A stretch of DNA of 64,000 nucleotides, taken from positions 24,038 through 88,037 of the forward strand of contig CAWDEB010000026.1 in the NCBI GenBank assembly GCA_963801155.1, written 5' to 3'. This document shows, one piece after another, positions 18,689 through 28,880 of this stretch. Positions within the stretch are counted from its first letter, which is position 1, and each line of letters begins with the position of its first letter. The notes under the pieces are model-generated. The model had not been told where the DNA came from. It did not search any database and saw only the letters and a list, made by a program, of their open reading frames with translations. The stretch comes from an uncultured Actinomycetes bacterium. GTDB lineage: Bacteria; Actinomycetota; Actinomycetes; Streptosporangiales; Streptosporangiaceae. Made by a program: the position numbers and the translations under genes.

Positions 18689-21447
18689 CGCCGCTGGAAA
18701 ACTAACCCGGTCCGCTCGGCGGCCAGACGGGCCAGCTCGACCCGGGAACGGATGCCCAGCTTCCCGAACGCGTGGCGCAGGTGGGTGTTGATGGTGTCAG
18801 GGGCGAGAAACAGCTCACTGGCGGCCTCGCGGTTCGTCAGCCCCTTGGCGACCAGATCGACCACGGCCTGCTCGGCACGGGTCAGGCTAGCCCAGCCACC
18901 CCGCGAGCGGGCGAGGCCGCTGCGCTGCTTGCGGACGCCCACCGCTCTCAGAGCGGCCCGGACCCGCGCGGCATCCCGGTGCGCGCCGATCCGGACATAG
19001 CAGTCATAGGCCCCCTCGAGCTGCCCGACCGCCGCCTCGCGCCCGGTGAGAGCCTGGCCCAGGTCCTCCCGGGCCGCGGCCTCGAGCAGGCGGTCCTCGC
19101 TGGCGGCGGCCTGCTCGACGGCCTCACGGAGCAGGCCGGTGTCGCTCTCGATTAGCGCCCGGGCGTGGGCGGCCGCCGCGGCGATCGCATTTACCTGTGG
19201 GTTCCGTCCGGCCTGCGCGACGGCCGCGGCCGCGAAGGCACGCGCCGAGTCCTCCTCGCCCGATCGGCGGGCGAGGTGCACGAGCTGCGGCAGGCGATGA
19301 TGCTGGTAATTGGCGAAGAAGAAGTTCCCGGCCTGGAGCTGCGCGCGGATGGGCGTGAAGGCCTGCACAGCCAGGGCCGCTTCGCCCCGCGCGTCCGCGA
19401 CCAGTGCCGCTGCCCAGTGGAGGTCGGGAAGCACGCCGTGGGCATCACGGGCGTACCGGGCCAGCACCGACTGGGCCGTGGCCAGGTCGCCCCGGCGCAG
19501 CGCAGTCTCGGTCATGACCGACAGCGGTAGGGCCACCCGGTTGGGGTAGCCGAGCTCCGTCGGCAGGTCGATCACGCTCCGTGCCTCCGCGTCGGCGTCG
19601 TCCAGATGACCCTGGCTGAGCAGCATGGCCGCACGGAGGCGGCGATAGCGGAAGATCAGCCCCGCCCGGCCTGCCGCGTTAGCGGCGGCGAGCGCAGGTC
19701 GCATTCTCGCCAGCGCGTCCGAGATCCGGCCGCTCGCGGTCAGGGCGGCCACGACCATCTCCTCGTACATCCCAGGATCCCGCTCGTCCTGGACCATCCG
19801 TGCGGTCGCCAGCGCGGCCTCGGCCCGCGCCAGAGCTTCGCCGAAGCGGCCGCGGAGCAGCGAGTTGAGCACGCGCAGCTGAGTGATCACCGCGACCCCG
19901 GAGGCGTAGCCGCTCGCGCCGGCGATGAGCATGGCCGCGTCCAGCGCCCGATCGACCTCTTCCCCGTGGCCGCGCAGGATGCCGGCCATCTGGTCAAGGG
20001 CCGCGAGCGTGGCGGCCACGCCCGGGTCGACCGCCGGGTCGGCCAGCAGGGGAGCGGGCAGTGAGACCGGATACGGCTCCAGGCGGTCGACGACCCAGGG
20101 CCTTCTCAGCTCGAGCTGCAGCTCCGCCTCCGCCTTAGCCGGGAGCCTATGGGTGGCCAGGTAACGCTCCCCGGCCTCGCGCGCCTCGGCGACCCGTCCG
20201 GCCAGCCCAAGGGCCAACGCGGCCGAACGGACCAGTTCCAGACCGCCCTCATCGCGGTCACCGATCAGCTCCAGCGCCCGCACCGCGAGGTCGGCCGCCG
20301 CGTTCGGAGACGATGGCGCCAGTTCCGCCGCCGCCTGCCCGATCGTGGCGGCGGCCGCCGCATCGCCAGGACGCGCTCCGATGGCCAGCTGCGCGGCGAT
20401 GCGGACCACCGGCGCGCCGGTCCGGCGCAGCGCCTCGCCCGCCTCCCGGTGCAGGGCCAGCCGCGCCGAGGCAGGCAGGCTCTCGTACGCTGCCTCGCGC
20501 AGCAGGTCATGCCGGAAGGCCAGCCCAGCCGGTGTCCCGGCCAGCATCTCGGCCCGCAGCGCCTCTTCGACCGCCGCGGTCAGGTCGCTGGCCGGCCGGG
20601 CCGTCAGGGCCGCGACCTCGGTCACGGTGAACTCCCGGCCCAGGACCGAAGCGACCTGCAGGAAACGGCGGGCATCATCTGACAGCAGCCGCAGGTGTCG
20701 CGCGATCGCGGTGCGCGCGCTGGCCGGGACAGTGCCGCCGGGGCGGCCGTCGGCCTGCTGCCGGACCGCCTTCAGCAGCTGGAGGATGTAGAACGGGTTG
20801 CCTTCGGCGTCCGCGATCAGCTTTGCCAGGTCGATCCCGGTATCCGTCAGCCGGACGTCCCGGGCGAGCGCCAGGGCGTCGGCGGCCCAAAGCGGCCCGA
20901 GATGCAGACGGACGGCGCCGATCGTCTCCAGGCGTTCCAGCACGCCGTCCAGGGCGGGATTGGCCGGCAGCGGGCGTCGCGCGAGCAGCCACCCCACCGG
21001 GTAGGAGAACAACGCGACCGGCAGCGAGCCCAGGGCCAGTAGTGAGGCTGAGTCCGCCCACTGCAGGTCATCCAGCACCACCAGCAGCGGCCGGGATGCC
21101 GCGCCCTGCTCCAGCGCCGCCCTCATACGCTCGAGCACCGCGAGGCGCTGATCGGTCAGGCCGCGGACCGACTCCAGGTGAGCCGCGGGCATGATCGGCG
21201 GATCGCTCGAAGACAGGGCGCGCAGGAGCATTCCCCACGAGGTCACCTGGTCCAGCTCATCCGCGCCTCCAGACGCGACCAGCAGGCCGGCGGCGGCCGC
21301 GTGCCGGCCCGCCTCGGCCAGCAGCCGCGACTTGCCGATCCCGGCCGCGCCCTCCACCACGGCCACGCCACCCGCACCCTCGAGCGCCGCGGAAGCCACC
21401 GCCTCCAACCGGGCCAGCTCGGCGTCACGCCCGCGCAGTGGCGTCAT
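18676..21447 (-). CDS. LAL-type regulator 2
   Basis: Same architecture: GAAGIGKSRLL, LLVVLDDLQWAD, LTRAEQAVVDLVAKGLTNREAASELFLAPDTINTHLRHAFGKLGI. The probable start is MTPLRGRD at 21447; the longest ORF starts at 21489. Its 3' end overlaps regulator 1 by 13 nt. Confidence 0.85.
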   Translation of the reverse strand: MTPLRGRDAELARLEAVASAALEGAGGVAVVEGAAGIGKSRLLAEAGRHAAAAGLLVASGGADELDQVTSWGMLLRALSSSDPPIMPAAHLESVRGLTDQRLAVLERMRAALEQGAASRPLLVVLDDLQWADSASLLALGSLPVALFSYPVGWLLARRPLPANPALDGVLERLETIGAVRLHLGPLWAADALALARDVRLTDTGIDLAKLIADAEGNPFYILQLLKAVRQQADGRPGGTVPASARTAIARHLRLLSDDARRFLQVASVLGREFTVTEVAALTARPASDLTAAVEEALRAEMLAGTPAGLAFRHDLLREAAYESLPASARLALHREAGEALRRTGAPVVRIAAQLAIGARPGDAAAAATIGQAAAELAPSSPNAAADLAVRALELIGDRDEGGLELVRSAALALGLAGRVAEAREAGERYLATHRLPAKAEAELQLELRRPWVVDRLEPYPVSLPAPLLADPAVDPGVAATLAALDQMAGILRGHGEEVDRALDAAMLIAGASGYASGVAVITQLRVLNSLLRGRFGEALARAEAALATARMVQDERDPGMYEEMVVAALTASGRISDALARMRPALAAANAAGRAGLIFRYRRLRAAMLLSQGHLDDADAEARSVIDLPTELGYPNRVALPLSVMTETALRRGDLATAQSVLARYARDAHGVLPDLHWAAALVADARGEAALAVQAFTPIRAQLQAGNFFFANYQHHRLPQLVHLARRSGEEDSARAFAAAAVAQAGRNPQVNAIAAAAAHARALIESDTGLLREAVEQAAASEDRLLEAAAREDLGQALTGREAAVGQLEGAYDCYVRIGAHRDAARVRAALRAVGVRKQRSGLARSRGGWASLTRAEQAVVDLVAKGLTNREAASELFLAPDTINTHLRHAFGKLGIRSRVELARLAAERTGLVFQRRQGR

Positions 21448-21569
21448 GCCAACAGTGTCCCATGCGCGTGCCACTGCTTCCCGGTTCACATGAACGGGTG
21501 ATGCGCTACCCAGGCCGATGCAGGATGGTGAACATATCGACCGACCAACCTGCCCCCGGTGGCGAGGCG

Positions 21570-24359
21570 ATGACCGCTGTTGTCGTGGATGACATGCTGG
21601 AGACCGGCCAGGCCGTGGCGCTCGCCGGACGTGACCGAGATCTCAGCGCCATCCGGGCGTTCCTCGACGAGATGTTCGTCGCGGGCACGGCACTGCTGCT
21701 GACGGGCGAGCCAGGCGTGGGCAAGTCGGCTCTCCTGGATGCGGCGAACGAGATGGCGATGGCTCTCGGCGCCCGGGTGCTGCGCGCGGCCGGCGTGGAG
21801 TTCGAGGCGGACGTGAGCTTTTCGGGCCTCAACCAGGTCCTCCTTCCCCTCGGCGAGGAACTGGCACAGCTCAGTACCACGCACCGCCACGCCCTGCAGG
21901 TCGCCTTGGGCCTGACCACCGGCCCGCCCTCCGACCGGCTGGTGGTCTCGAACGCGGCGCTCGCCCTGCTGAGCCGGGCAGCCACGGACCGGCCGCTGCT
22001 CGTGATCCTCGACGACCTGCCGTGGCTGGACCGAGCCAGCTCCCTGGTCCTCGGATTCGTCGCCCGACGCCTGGGCGGCTCCCGGATGGGACTGCTGGCC
22101 GCGGCGCGGACCCGGGCCGCTACCCTCTTCGGCGGCAGCGGCCTGCCCGAGCGTGAACTGCGGCCGCTGGACAGCGAGGCGGCGGCCGGCCTTCTCGACG
22201 CCCAGTTTCCCGAACTCGCTCCCGGCGTCCGCCGACGCATCCTGGCCGACGCGGAGGGTAACCCGCTGGCTCTCCTCGATCTCCCCGCGACCTTGAGCGA
22301 CCCGCAGCGCTGCGCGCTGGCCGAGCTACCGCCGACCCTGCCGCTCAGCCGCCGGCTCCAGGCTCTGTTCACGTCAAGGACCGCCGATCTGCCCGCCCTC
22401 ACCCGTTACCTGCTACTGATCGCCGCGCTGGAAGGCAGCGGAGATCTCGCCGTACTGCAGGCGGCCGTAGCCGGTCATCGGGAGATCGACGCTCTGGCTG
22501 CCGCGGAACAGGCAGGCCTGGTGTACATCGGGGAGAACACGGGCCGGCTAGCCTTCCGCCATCCGCTGATCAGGTCGGCGGTGATCGAACTGGCCGTCAG
22601 TGAGGACCTGCGCCGGGCTCACCGGGCGCTGGCCGCCCAGTTTGGCAATCAGCCCGAGCGGCGGGCGTGGCATCTGGCCAGCGCGGCCCTTGGCCCTGAT
22701 GAGGATGTGGCCAGGCTGCTGACGCGGGTCGCGCGGGAAATGCTGCGCCGCGGTGACGCCGCTGACGCGGCGGCCGCGCTGCTTCGCTCCGCCCAGCTCA
22801 GCCCGCGAAACTGTGACCGGAGCCTGCGGCTCGCCGAGGCGGCGTGTGTCAGCGCGACCGTGACCGGTGAGCTGTCCCGGGTCCGGCAGCTGCTCGCCGA
22901 CGCACGCCAGGCGATGCCGGACCTCGACCGGTCGCTGCATGCCTCCGTGGCAGCGACCCACCTGCTTCTCAACTCCGATGGTGACATCGACGCCGTCCAC
23001 GGCCGGCTGGTCAGCGCGATCGGGAAGATGGCCCGGCCCTACGACGCTCGCGACCCCGCGCTTATGGCCTGGCTGCACACGATGCTCATGGTGTGCTCCT
23101 TCGGCGCATGCCCGGAACTGTGGGCGCCGTTCGACGAGATCATCTCGTCCGTCATGCCGCAGGGCCCCGCCGACGTGCACCTGCTCGTCCGAACCTACGC
23201 CGACCCGGTTCGTTCCGCGATACCGGTACTCGACGAGCTGGATGCCGCGATTACCGGGCTGTCCGCCGAGGCGGACCAGTGGCGAGTCCTGATCATCAGC
23301 TCGGCGGCGGTCCACACCGACCGGCTCGCTGGCTGCCGCGAGGCCCTGCGGCGGGTGGTCAGCGACGGCCGGGAGGGCAGCGCCGTCCTCCCGGTGATCA
23401 GCGCGCTCACCCTCTTGTCCCTCGATGCGTTCATGGCCGGCCGATGGGACGATGTCCAGCGGCTGGCCGGCGAATGCCTCGACGCAGCCCAGGCCCGCGG
23501 TTATCCCCTGCGGGCCTGGATGGCCCAAGAACTGCAAGCCCTGCTAGCGGCCGCGCGCGGCGACCACAACGCGGTCCGGGAGCTGACCGGGCAGATGATC
23601 CGCTGGGCTCTCCCGCGCGGGATCGTCCAGGCTCGGCTGGCCGCCCACCACGCGAGCTCGCTAGCCGCACTCGGCCGCGGCGATTTTGAGGAGGCCTATC
23701 AGGAGGCGGCCGCGATCAGCCCACCCGGGATCCTCGCCTCTCACGTGCCTTATGCCCTGCGGGTACCGATGGACCTGGTGGAAGCGGCCGTCCGCACCGG
23801 CCGTCACGAGGAGGCGGCTGCTCACGTGGCGGCCCTGCGTCAGGCGGGCCTGGCCCGGATCTCGCCCCGGCTCGCCATGCTGACCAGCGCGTCAGCAGCG
23901 CTGGCCGCTCCCGCCGATGAGGCCGGCCCGCTGTTTGCCGAGGCGCTGGCCGTTCCCGCCGCCGACCGGTGGCCCTTCGAGCTGGCGCGGGTCCGGCTGG
24001 CCTACGGAGAGCACCTGCGCCGGGCCCGGGCTACCTCCGACGCCCGCAGCCATCTCGGTTCCGCCCTCACCACCTTCGAAGCCCTCGGGGCCAGGCCCTG
24101 GGCCATCCGGGCCGGCCACGAACTGCGAGCCACCGGACTGGCCGCCGTCCGCGCCGACGGCCACGGGCCAGCTGCGCTCACCGCCCAGGAACGCCAGGTC
24201 GCCGCGCTCGCGGCGGCTGGCCTGACCAACAAGCAGATCGGCGAGCGCCTGTACCTGTCCCACCGCACCGTGGCCGCCCACCTGTACCAGATCTTCCCCC
24301 GGCTCGGCATCACCTCCCGGGCCGCGCTGCGCGACGCCCTGGCTGGCCTGCCGGCCTAG
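21570..24359 (+). CDS. LAL-type regulator 3
   Basis: GEPGVGKSALLDAA, LLVILDDLPWLD, LTAQERQVAALAAAGLTNKQIGERLYLSHRTVAAHLYQIFPRLGI. The start is chosen at ATG 21570 (MTAVVVDD) because the longest ORF from 21438 would overlap regulator 2. It is a close paralogue of regulator 4. Confidence 0.8.
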   Translation: MTAVVVDDMLETGQAVALAGRDRDLSAIRAFLDEMFVAGTALLLTGEPGVGKSALLDAANEMAMALGARVLRAAGVEFEADVSFSGLNQVLLPLGEELAQLSTTHRHALQVALGLTTGPPSDRLVVSNAALALLSRAATDRPLLVILDDLPWLDRASSLVLGFVARRLGGSRMGLLAAARTRAATLFGGSGLPERELRPLDSEAAAGLLDAQFPELAPGVRRRILADAEGNPLALLDLPATLSDPQRCALAELPPTLPLSRRLQALFTSRTADLPALTRYLLLIAALEGSGDLAVLQAAVAGHREIDALAAAEQAGLVYIGENTGRLAFRHPLIRSAVIELAVSEDLRRAHRALAAQFGNQPERRAWHLASAALGPDEDVARLLTRVAREMLRRGDAADAAAALLRSAQLSPRNCDRSLRLAEAACVSATVTGELSRVRQLLADARQAMPDLDRSLHASVAATHLLLNSDGDIDAVHGRLVSAIGKMARPYDARDPALMAWLHTMLMVCSFGACPELWAPFDEIISSVMPQGPADVHLLVRTYADPVRSAIPVLDELDAAITGLSAEADQWRVLIISSAAVHTDRLAGCREALRRVVSDGREGSAVLPVISALTLLSLDAFMAGRWDDVQRLAGECLDAAQARGYPLRAWMAQELQALLAAARGDHNAVRELTGQMIRWALPRGIVQARLAAHHASSLAALGRGDFEEAYQEAAAISPPGILASHVPYALRVPMDLVEAAVRTGRHEEAAAHVAALRQAGLARISPRLAMLTSASAALAAPADEAGPLFAEALAVPAADRWPFELARVRLAYGEHLRRARATSDARSHLGSALTTFEALGARPWAIRAGHELRATGLAAVRADGHGPAALTAQERQVAALAAAGLTNKQIGERLYLSHRTVAAHLYQIFPRLGITSRAALRDALAGLPA

Positions 24360-24497
24360 GCGACAGCAGCGAGCGAGTACGTCCCCATCCAGGGCGGCTC
24401 GCGGCCCATGCTGCACCCACGCCGAGGAGGTCAACGCCGGACTCTCAGGTTCTTCAAGTAGCGCAGGAGACGGGCGTTCTCGTGACAGCATGACGGC

Positions 24498-25400
24498 ATG
24501 CAGGTGCTACGCACGCCCGAGGACCGTTTCGCTGATCTGCCCGGCTTCGGCTACCCACCGCGGTACGCCGATGTCGACGGCCTGCGGCTGGCATATGTGG
24601 AAGCGGGGCCGGCCGACGGCGAGCCGGTGCTGCTGCTGCACGGCGAGCCGAGCTGGTCGTTCCTGTACCGCAGGGTCATGCCAGTCCTCGCCGAGGCCGG
24701 CCTGCGGGTCATCGCGGCCGACCTGGCCGGATTCGGCCGCTCGGACAAGCCAGCTGATATCGCGGACCACAGTTACGCGCGGCACGTGGAGTGGATCCGC
24801 GCGCTCGCCCTCGACCGCCTCGACCTGCGCCGGCTGACTCTGGTCGGGCAGGACTGGGGCGGTCTGATCGGACTGCGGCTGGTGGCCGAGCACCCTGACC
24901 GGTTCGCCCGGGTGGTGGCCGCCAACACCGGGCTGCCCACCGGTGACCAGCCGATGCCCGATGTCTGGCTGCGATTCCGCGAGGTCGTCCGTACGACCCC
25001 GGACCTGAGCGTATCCCGGCTGGTGCAGTCTGGCTGCCAGACGCCGCTGGCTCCTGAGGTGCTGGCCGCCTACGAAGCACCGTTTCCCGACCCGACGTAC
25101 GCCGCCGCGGTGCGGGCGATGCCGAACCTGGTGCCGACGACCCCCGACGACCCGGCGGCCGAGGCCAATCGGGCCGCCTGGCGGCGGCTGGCCGCTTGGG
25201 ACAAGCCGTTCCTGGTGGCTTTCAGCGACCGGGACCCGATCACCGGTGGCATGGCCCCCATCCTGAAACGCGTGATCCCCGGCGCGGTGGGCATCGAGCA
25301 CCCGGTGATCTCGGGGGCCGGACACTTCCTGCAGGAAGACGCCGGCGAACGGCTCGGCGCGGTGATCGCCGACTTCATCCGCGCTCACCCCCTCGCATAG
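24498..25400 (+). CDS. haloalkane dehalogenase-type alpha/beta hydrolase (HLD-I-like)
   Basis: 300 aa with LHGEPSWSFLYRRVMP, nucleophile elbow GQDWGGLIG and a C-terminal GAGHFLQEDAG. Confidence 0.8.
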   Translation: MQVLRTPEDRFADLPGFGYPPRYADVDGLRLAYVEAGPADGEPVLLLHGEPSWSFLYRRVMPVLAEAGLRVIAADLAGFGRSDKPADIADHSYARHVEWIRALALDRLDLRRLTLVGQDWGGLIGLRLVAEHPDRFARVVAANTGLPTGDQPMPDVWLRFREVVRTTPDLSVSRLVQSGCQTPLAPEVLAAYEAPFPDPTYAAAVRAMPNLVPTTPDDPAAEANRAAWRRLAAWDKPFLVAFSDRDPITGGMAPILKRVIPGAVGIEHPVISGAGHFLQEDAGERLGAVIADFIRAHPLA

Positions 25401-25501
25401 GCCACCGCCGGACCGGTCCCGGGCCCTTAATTAGTTGCCTCTTTCTCCCAGGGGCAGAGCCATGCGAGCCTGGCAGCGAGACCGAGACCGGGGAAGGATC
25501 C

Positions 25502-28500
25502 ATGTCAGACCTCGTGGGGCGTGATCAGGAACTGGCGCTCATCGCCTCCTTCCTCACGGGGGTCGCGGCCGAGGGCGGGACGCTGCTGTTCACTGGCGAG
25601 CCGGGCGTCGGCAAGACCGCGCTCCTGGATGCGGCGGAAGAAGCCGCGCAAGCCGCGGGCCTGCATGTCCTGCGCGTAACGGGCAGTGAATTCGGAACCC
25701 AGGTGAATTTCTCCGGTCTCGCCCAGCTCTTGCAGCCTTTGTCGGACGACCTTCGCTCGCTGAGCTCGGTGCACCGTCGCGCGCTGGCGGCGGTGGGAGG
25801 CGACGCCGGCGAAGCGCCTCAGGACCGGCTGATCGTTTTCCAGGCGACGCTGGCTTTGCTCGCCCAGGCGGCCGGGCGGCGTCCGCTGCTGACAATCGTC
25901 GATGACCTGCAGTGGCTGGACCGGTCGAGCGCTAGTGCACTCGGCTTCGTGGCTCGCCGCCTGGCCGGCCTGCGAATCGGGTTCCTGGCCGTGTCCCGGT
26001 CCGGGGCCGGAGAGCTTCTCCGAGCGGGCCGGCCTGACCGAACACGAGCTGCGGCCGCTGGACCCCGCGTCCGCGGCGAAGCTGCTCAGCACCCGGTTTC
26101 CCGATCTGGCTGCGCGGGTCAGGCAGCGGCTGCTGGCCGAGGCGCAAGGTAACCCGCTGGCCCTGATCGAACTGCCTGCCCTGCTCAGCGGCCCGCAGCG
26201 GGCCGCGCTGGCTCCGTTGCCCTCGGTGCTGCCGCTCGGGCAACGGCTGCAAGCCATGTTCGCCTCTCAGGTCACCGCACTGCCCACCCGGGTCCGCTGG
26301 CTGCTGCTGCTCGCCGCCCTGGATGGTAGCGGCGACCTTCACGTGCTGCAGGCCGCCGGATCCGGCTGGACCGATGATCTGGCCCAGGCTGAGCGAGCGC
26401 GGCTGGCCCGCATCGACGAAGCCACCGGTCGGCTGACGTTCCGTCACCCGCTCGTCCGGTCCGCCGTCGTTCAGCTCGCGACCGGTGAGGATCGCCGTCA
26501 GGCTCACCGGGCCCTAGCCGAGCTGCTGGCCGATCAACCCGAGCGCCGCGCGTGGCATCTCGGCGAGGCGGCCGCCGGACCCGACGAGTCGGTCGCGGCC
26601 CTGCTCGAAGAGGTGGCGACCCAGATCATGCGACGGGGCGACGCCGCCGGCGCCGTATCCGCGCTGCTGCGCGCGGCCGAGCTGAGCCCGGCGCGGTCGG
26701 ACCGGAGCTGCCGGCTGGCCCACGCCGCCATGGTGGGAGCGGCCTTCACTATGGAGGTCGGTACGGTCTCGCCCTTGCTCGCCGACGCGGGCCAGGGCGA
26801 GCCGGAGTCTGGCATCTCGCTCATGTCGGCGGTCGCCGCCGCCTTCATGCTGCTGAACGGAGACGGTGATGTCCTCACCGCCCACCGCCTGCTGACTCAA
26901 GCCATCGCGGAGCAGCCCGGACCGGACCACCCCGGGCCCGAACGGATCGGCGACGTCGGCCTGTTCGGGGCGGTGTCGGCGCTGTTCGTGCTGTGCGAGC
27001 TCGGCGGACGGGCCGAATTGTGGGCCCCGTTCCACGCCGCCGTCAGCCGGTTCGCGGCAGGCCTCCCGGCGGAGCTGCGTCTGCTCGACCAGGCCTATGC
27101 CGACCCGGCCCGTAGCGCGGCGGCGGTGCTTTCCCAGCTCGACGACGCCATCGCCAGCCTGAGCGGCGAGACCGACCAGTTGCGCATCCTGACCATCAGC
27201 AGGAGCACCCACTTCACTGACCGGCAGGCGGGCTGTCGCGAGGCGCTGTGGCAGGTCGTACGCGAAGGCCGTCAGGGCAGCGCGGTCGCCCCGCTGATCA
27301 CTGCGCTCGAGCATCTCAGTTTCGATAGCTGGATGACCGGGCAGTGGGATCAGGCGCAGGAGCTCGCGGATGAGTGCCTCGAGCTCTGCCTGGCCCATGG
27401 TTACCTGCCTTTGACATGGACGGTCCGCTATCGCCAGGCCCTGCTCGCCGCGGCTCGCGGCGCGTACGACACGGCGGACGCACTGACCGCCGAGATGACC
27501 GAATGGGCCGCGCCCCGGCGGATCGGCCAAGCCGAGCTGGCCGCCCGCCATGTCCGGTCGGTCGCGGCGCTGGGACGCGGCGACTTCGCCGCGGCCTACC
27601 AGCACGCCGCGGCGATCAGCCCAGCGGGCGTCCTCGCGTCCCATGTCGGCTACGCCCTCTGGGTCCTGCTGGATCTGGTCGAGGCCGCGGTCCGGACCGG
27701 CCGCCGAGCGGAAGCCGCCGCGCACGTACAGGCCATGCGGGACGCCGGTCTGGGCGCGATCTCGTCCCGGCTGTCCCTCATCGTGGCGGCGGCGGCGGCT
27801 CTGACCACCTCCCGTGATCGGGCGCGCGGCCTGTTCGAGACGGCGGTGGTCACTCCAGGAGCCGATCAGTGGCCTTTCGACCTGGCCCGGGTCCGGCTCC
27901 TGTACGGCGAGTGGCTGCGCCGGGAGCGATCGACCACCGAGGCACGCGCGCAGCTCAGCGCGGCAAACAGGACGTTCCAGCAGCTCGGCGCGCTGCCGTG
28001 GCAGGCCAGGGCCGCAAACGAGCTCCGCGCCGCTGGCCTCGCGGTCCCGGCCGCCGAACCGGGATCCCGCGCAATACCCGGGCCTGTGCTGCTGACACCG
28101 CTCGACCGGCAGATCGCTGAGCTCGCCGCCGCCGGGCTGACCAACAAGCAGATCGGTGAGCGCCTCTACCTCTCCCACCGGACGGTAGCCGCTCACCTGT
28201 ACCAGCTCTTCCCCCGGCTCGGCATCACCTCTCGTGCCGCCCTCCGTGATGTGCTGGACGCTCTGGACGGGCCGGGGCGTGCTGAGTTACGGTGCGGCGG
28301 CCTGTGGCCCAGTCAGATGACAGATGCCGCCGCGCGGATGCCGGCGCACCATGGTGTACCTGACCGAGGAGACAGGACGATGACCGAGAACACGACCGTG
28401 ACCGAGCCCGACGTCACTACCAAGTTCAGCCACCTATCGGTGGCCGACACCACCTCGAAGCTCACCGGCATGATCACCGCCAAGAGAATGAAGCTGTTCG

Positions 28501-28784
28501 GGGTGATCGACCAGGCGGCCGAGGCTCGCCGGGTAGGCCTGTCGCTCCGGGAGACTGTCCTGGTCATCTTCGGCAGCCCGGTGGCGGGCACGCCGGTGAT
28601 GGCGGCGTCGCCGCTGTCCGCGCTCGACCTGCCGCTCAAGGTACTGATCTGGTCCGACGACGGGCAGACCAAGGTCTCGTACTACGCGCCGGCCGCGCTC
28701 GCCGCCCGGCACCAGCTTCCCCCGGAGCTGGCCAGCAACCTGGCCGGGATCAACGGGCTCACCGACGCCCTCGTGGCCACCTAG
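25502..28784 (+). CDS. LAL-type regulator 4 (frame disruption near 26010); as written it reads in frame into the DUF302 module
   Basis: MSDLVGRDQEL.., GEPGVGKTALLDAA, LLTIVDDLQWLD, then ORF 25902..28784 with the LuxR HTH (LTNKQIGERLYLSHRTVAAHLYQLFPRLGI). No in-frame stop follows the HTH. Out-of-frame TGAs lie at 28283-28285 and at about 28318. Confidence 0.75.
28380..28784 (+). CDS. DUF302 domain protein (probably separately translated)
   Basis: GAGGAGACAGGACG precedes ATG 28380. The translation MTENTTVTEPDVTTKFSHLSVADTTSKLTGMITAKRMKLFGVIDQAAEA..LPLKVLIW is DUF302-like. Confidence 0.65.
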   Translation: MTENTTVTEPDVTTKFSHLSVADTTSKLTGMITAKRMKLFGVIDQAAEARRVGLSLRETVLVIFGSPVAGTPVMAASPLSALDLPLKVLIWSDDGQTKVSYYAPAALAARHQLPPELASNLAGINGLTDALVAT

Positions 28785-28880
28785 GTCCCCTCCGCACCAT
28801 AGTCATTTGACTGATGACGGGCCCGTAGCCCGATTCCACACTGGAGCTAGCCATGTGATGGCCAGAGCTGGGAGAACACC

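Noticed and set aside
24400-24470. A minus-strand mini-frame MPSCCHENARLLRYLKNLRVRR* in the AT-richer spacer upstream of the dehalogenase gene.
   Set aside because: It is 21 codons long with no RBS, and lies in what is more simply the dehalogenase promoter region.
15890-28270. The idea that the four P-loop/helical-repeat proteins are STAND-type antiphage sensors (Avs/NACHT-like).
   Set aside because: All four end in a canonical LuxR-type HTH and have no nuclease, protease, TIR or other effector domain. The MalT/LAL transcription-factor architecture explains them fully.
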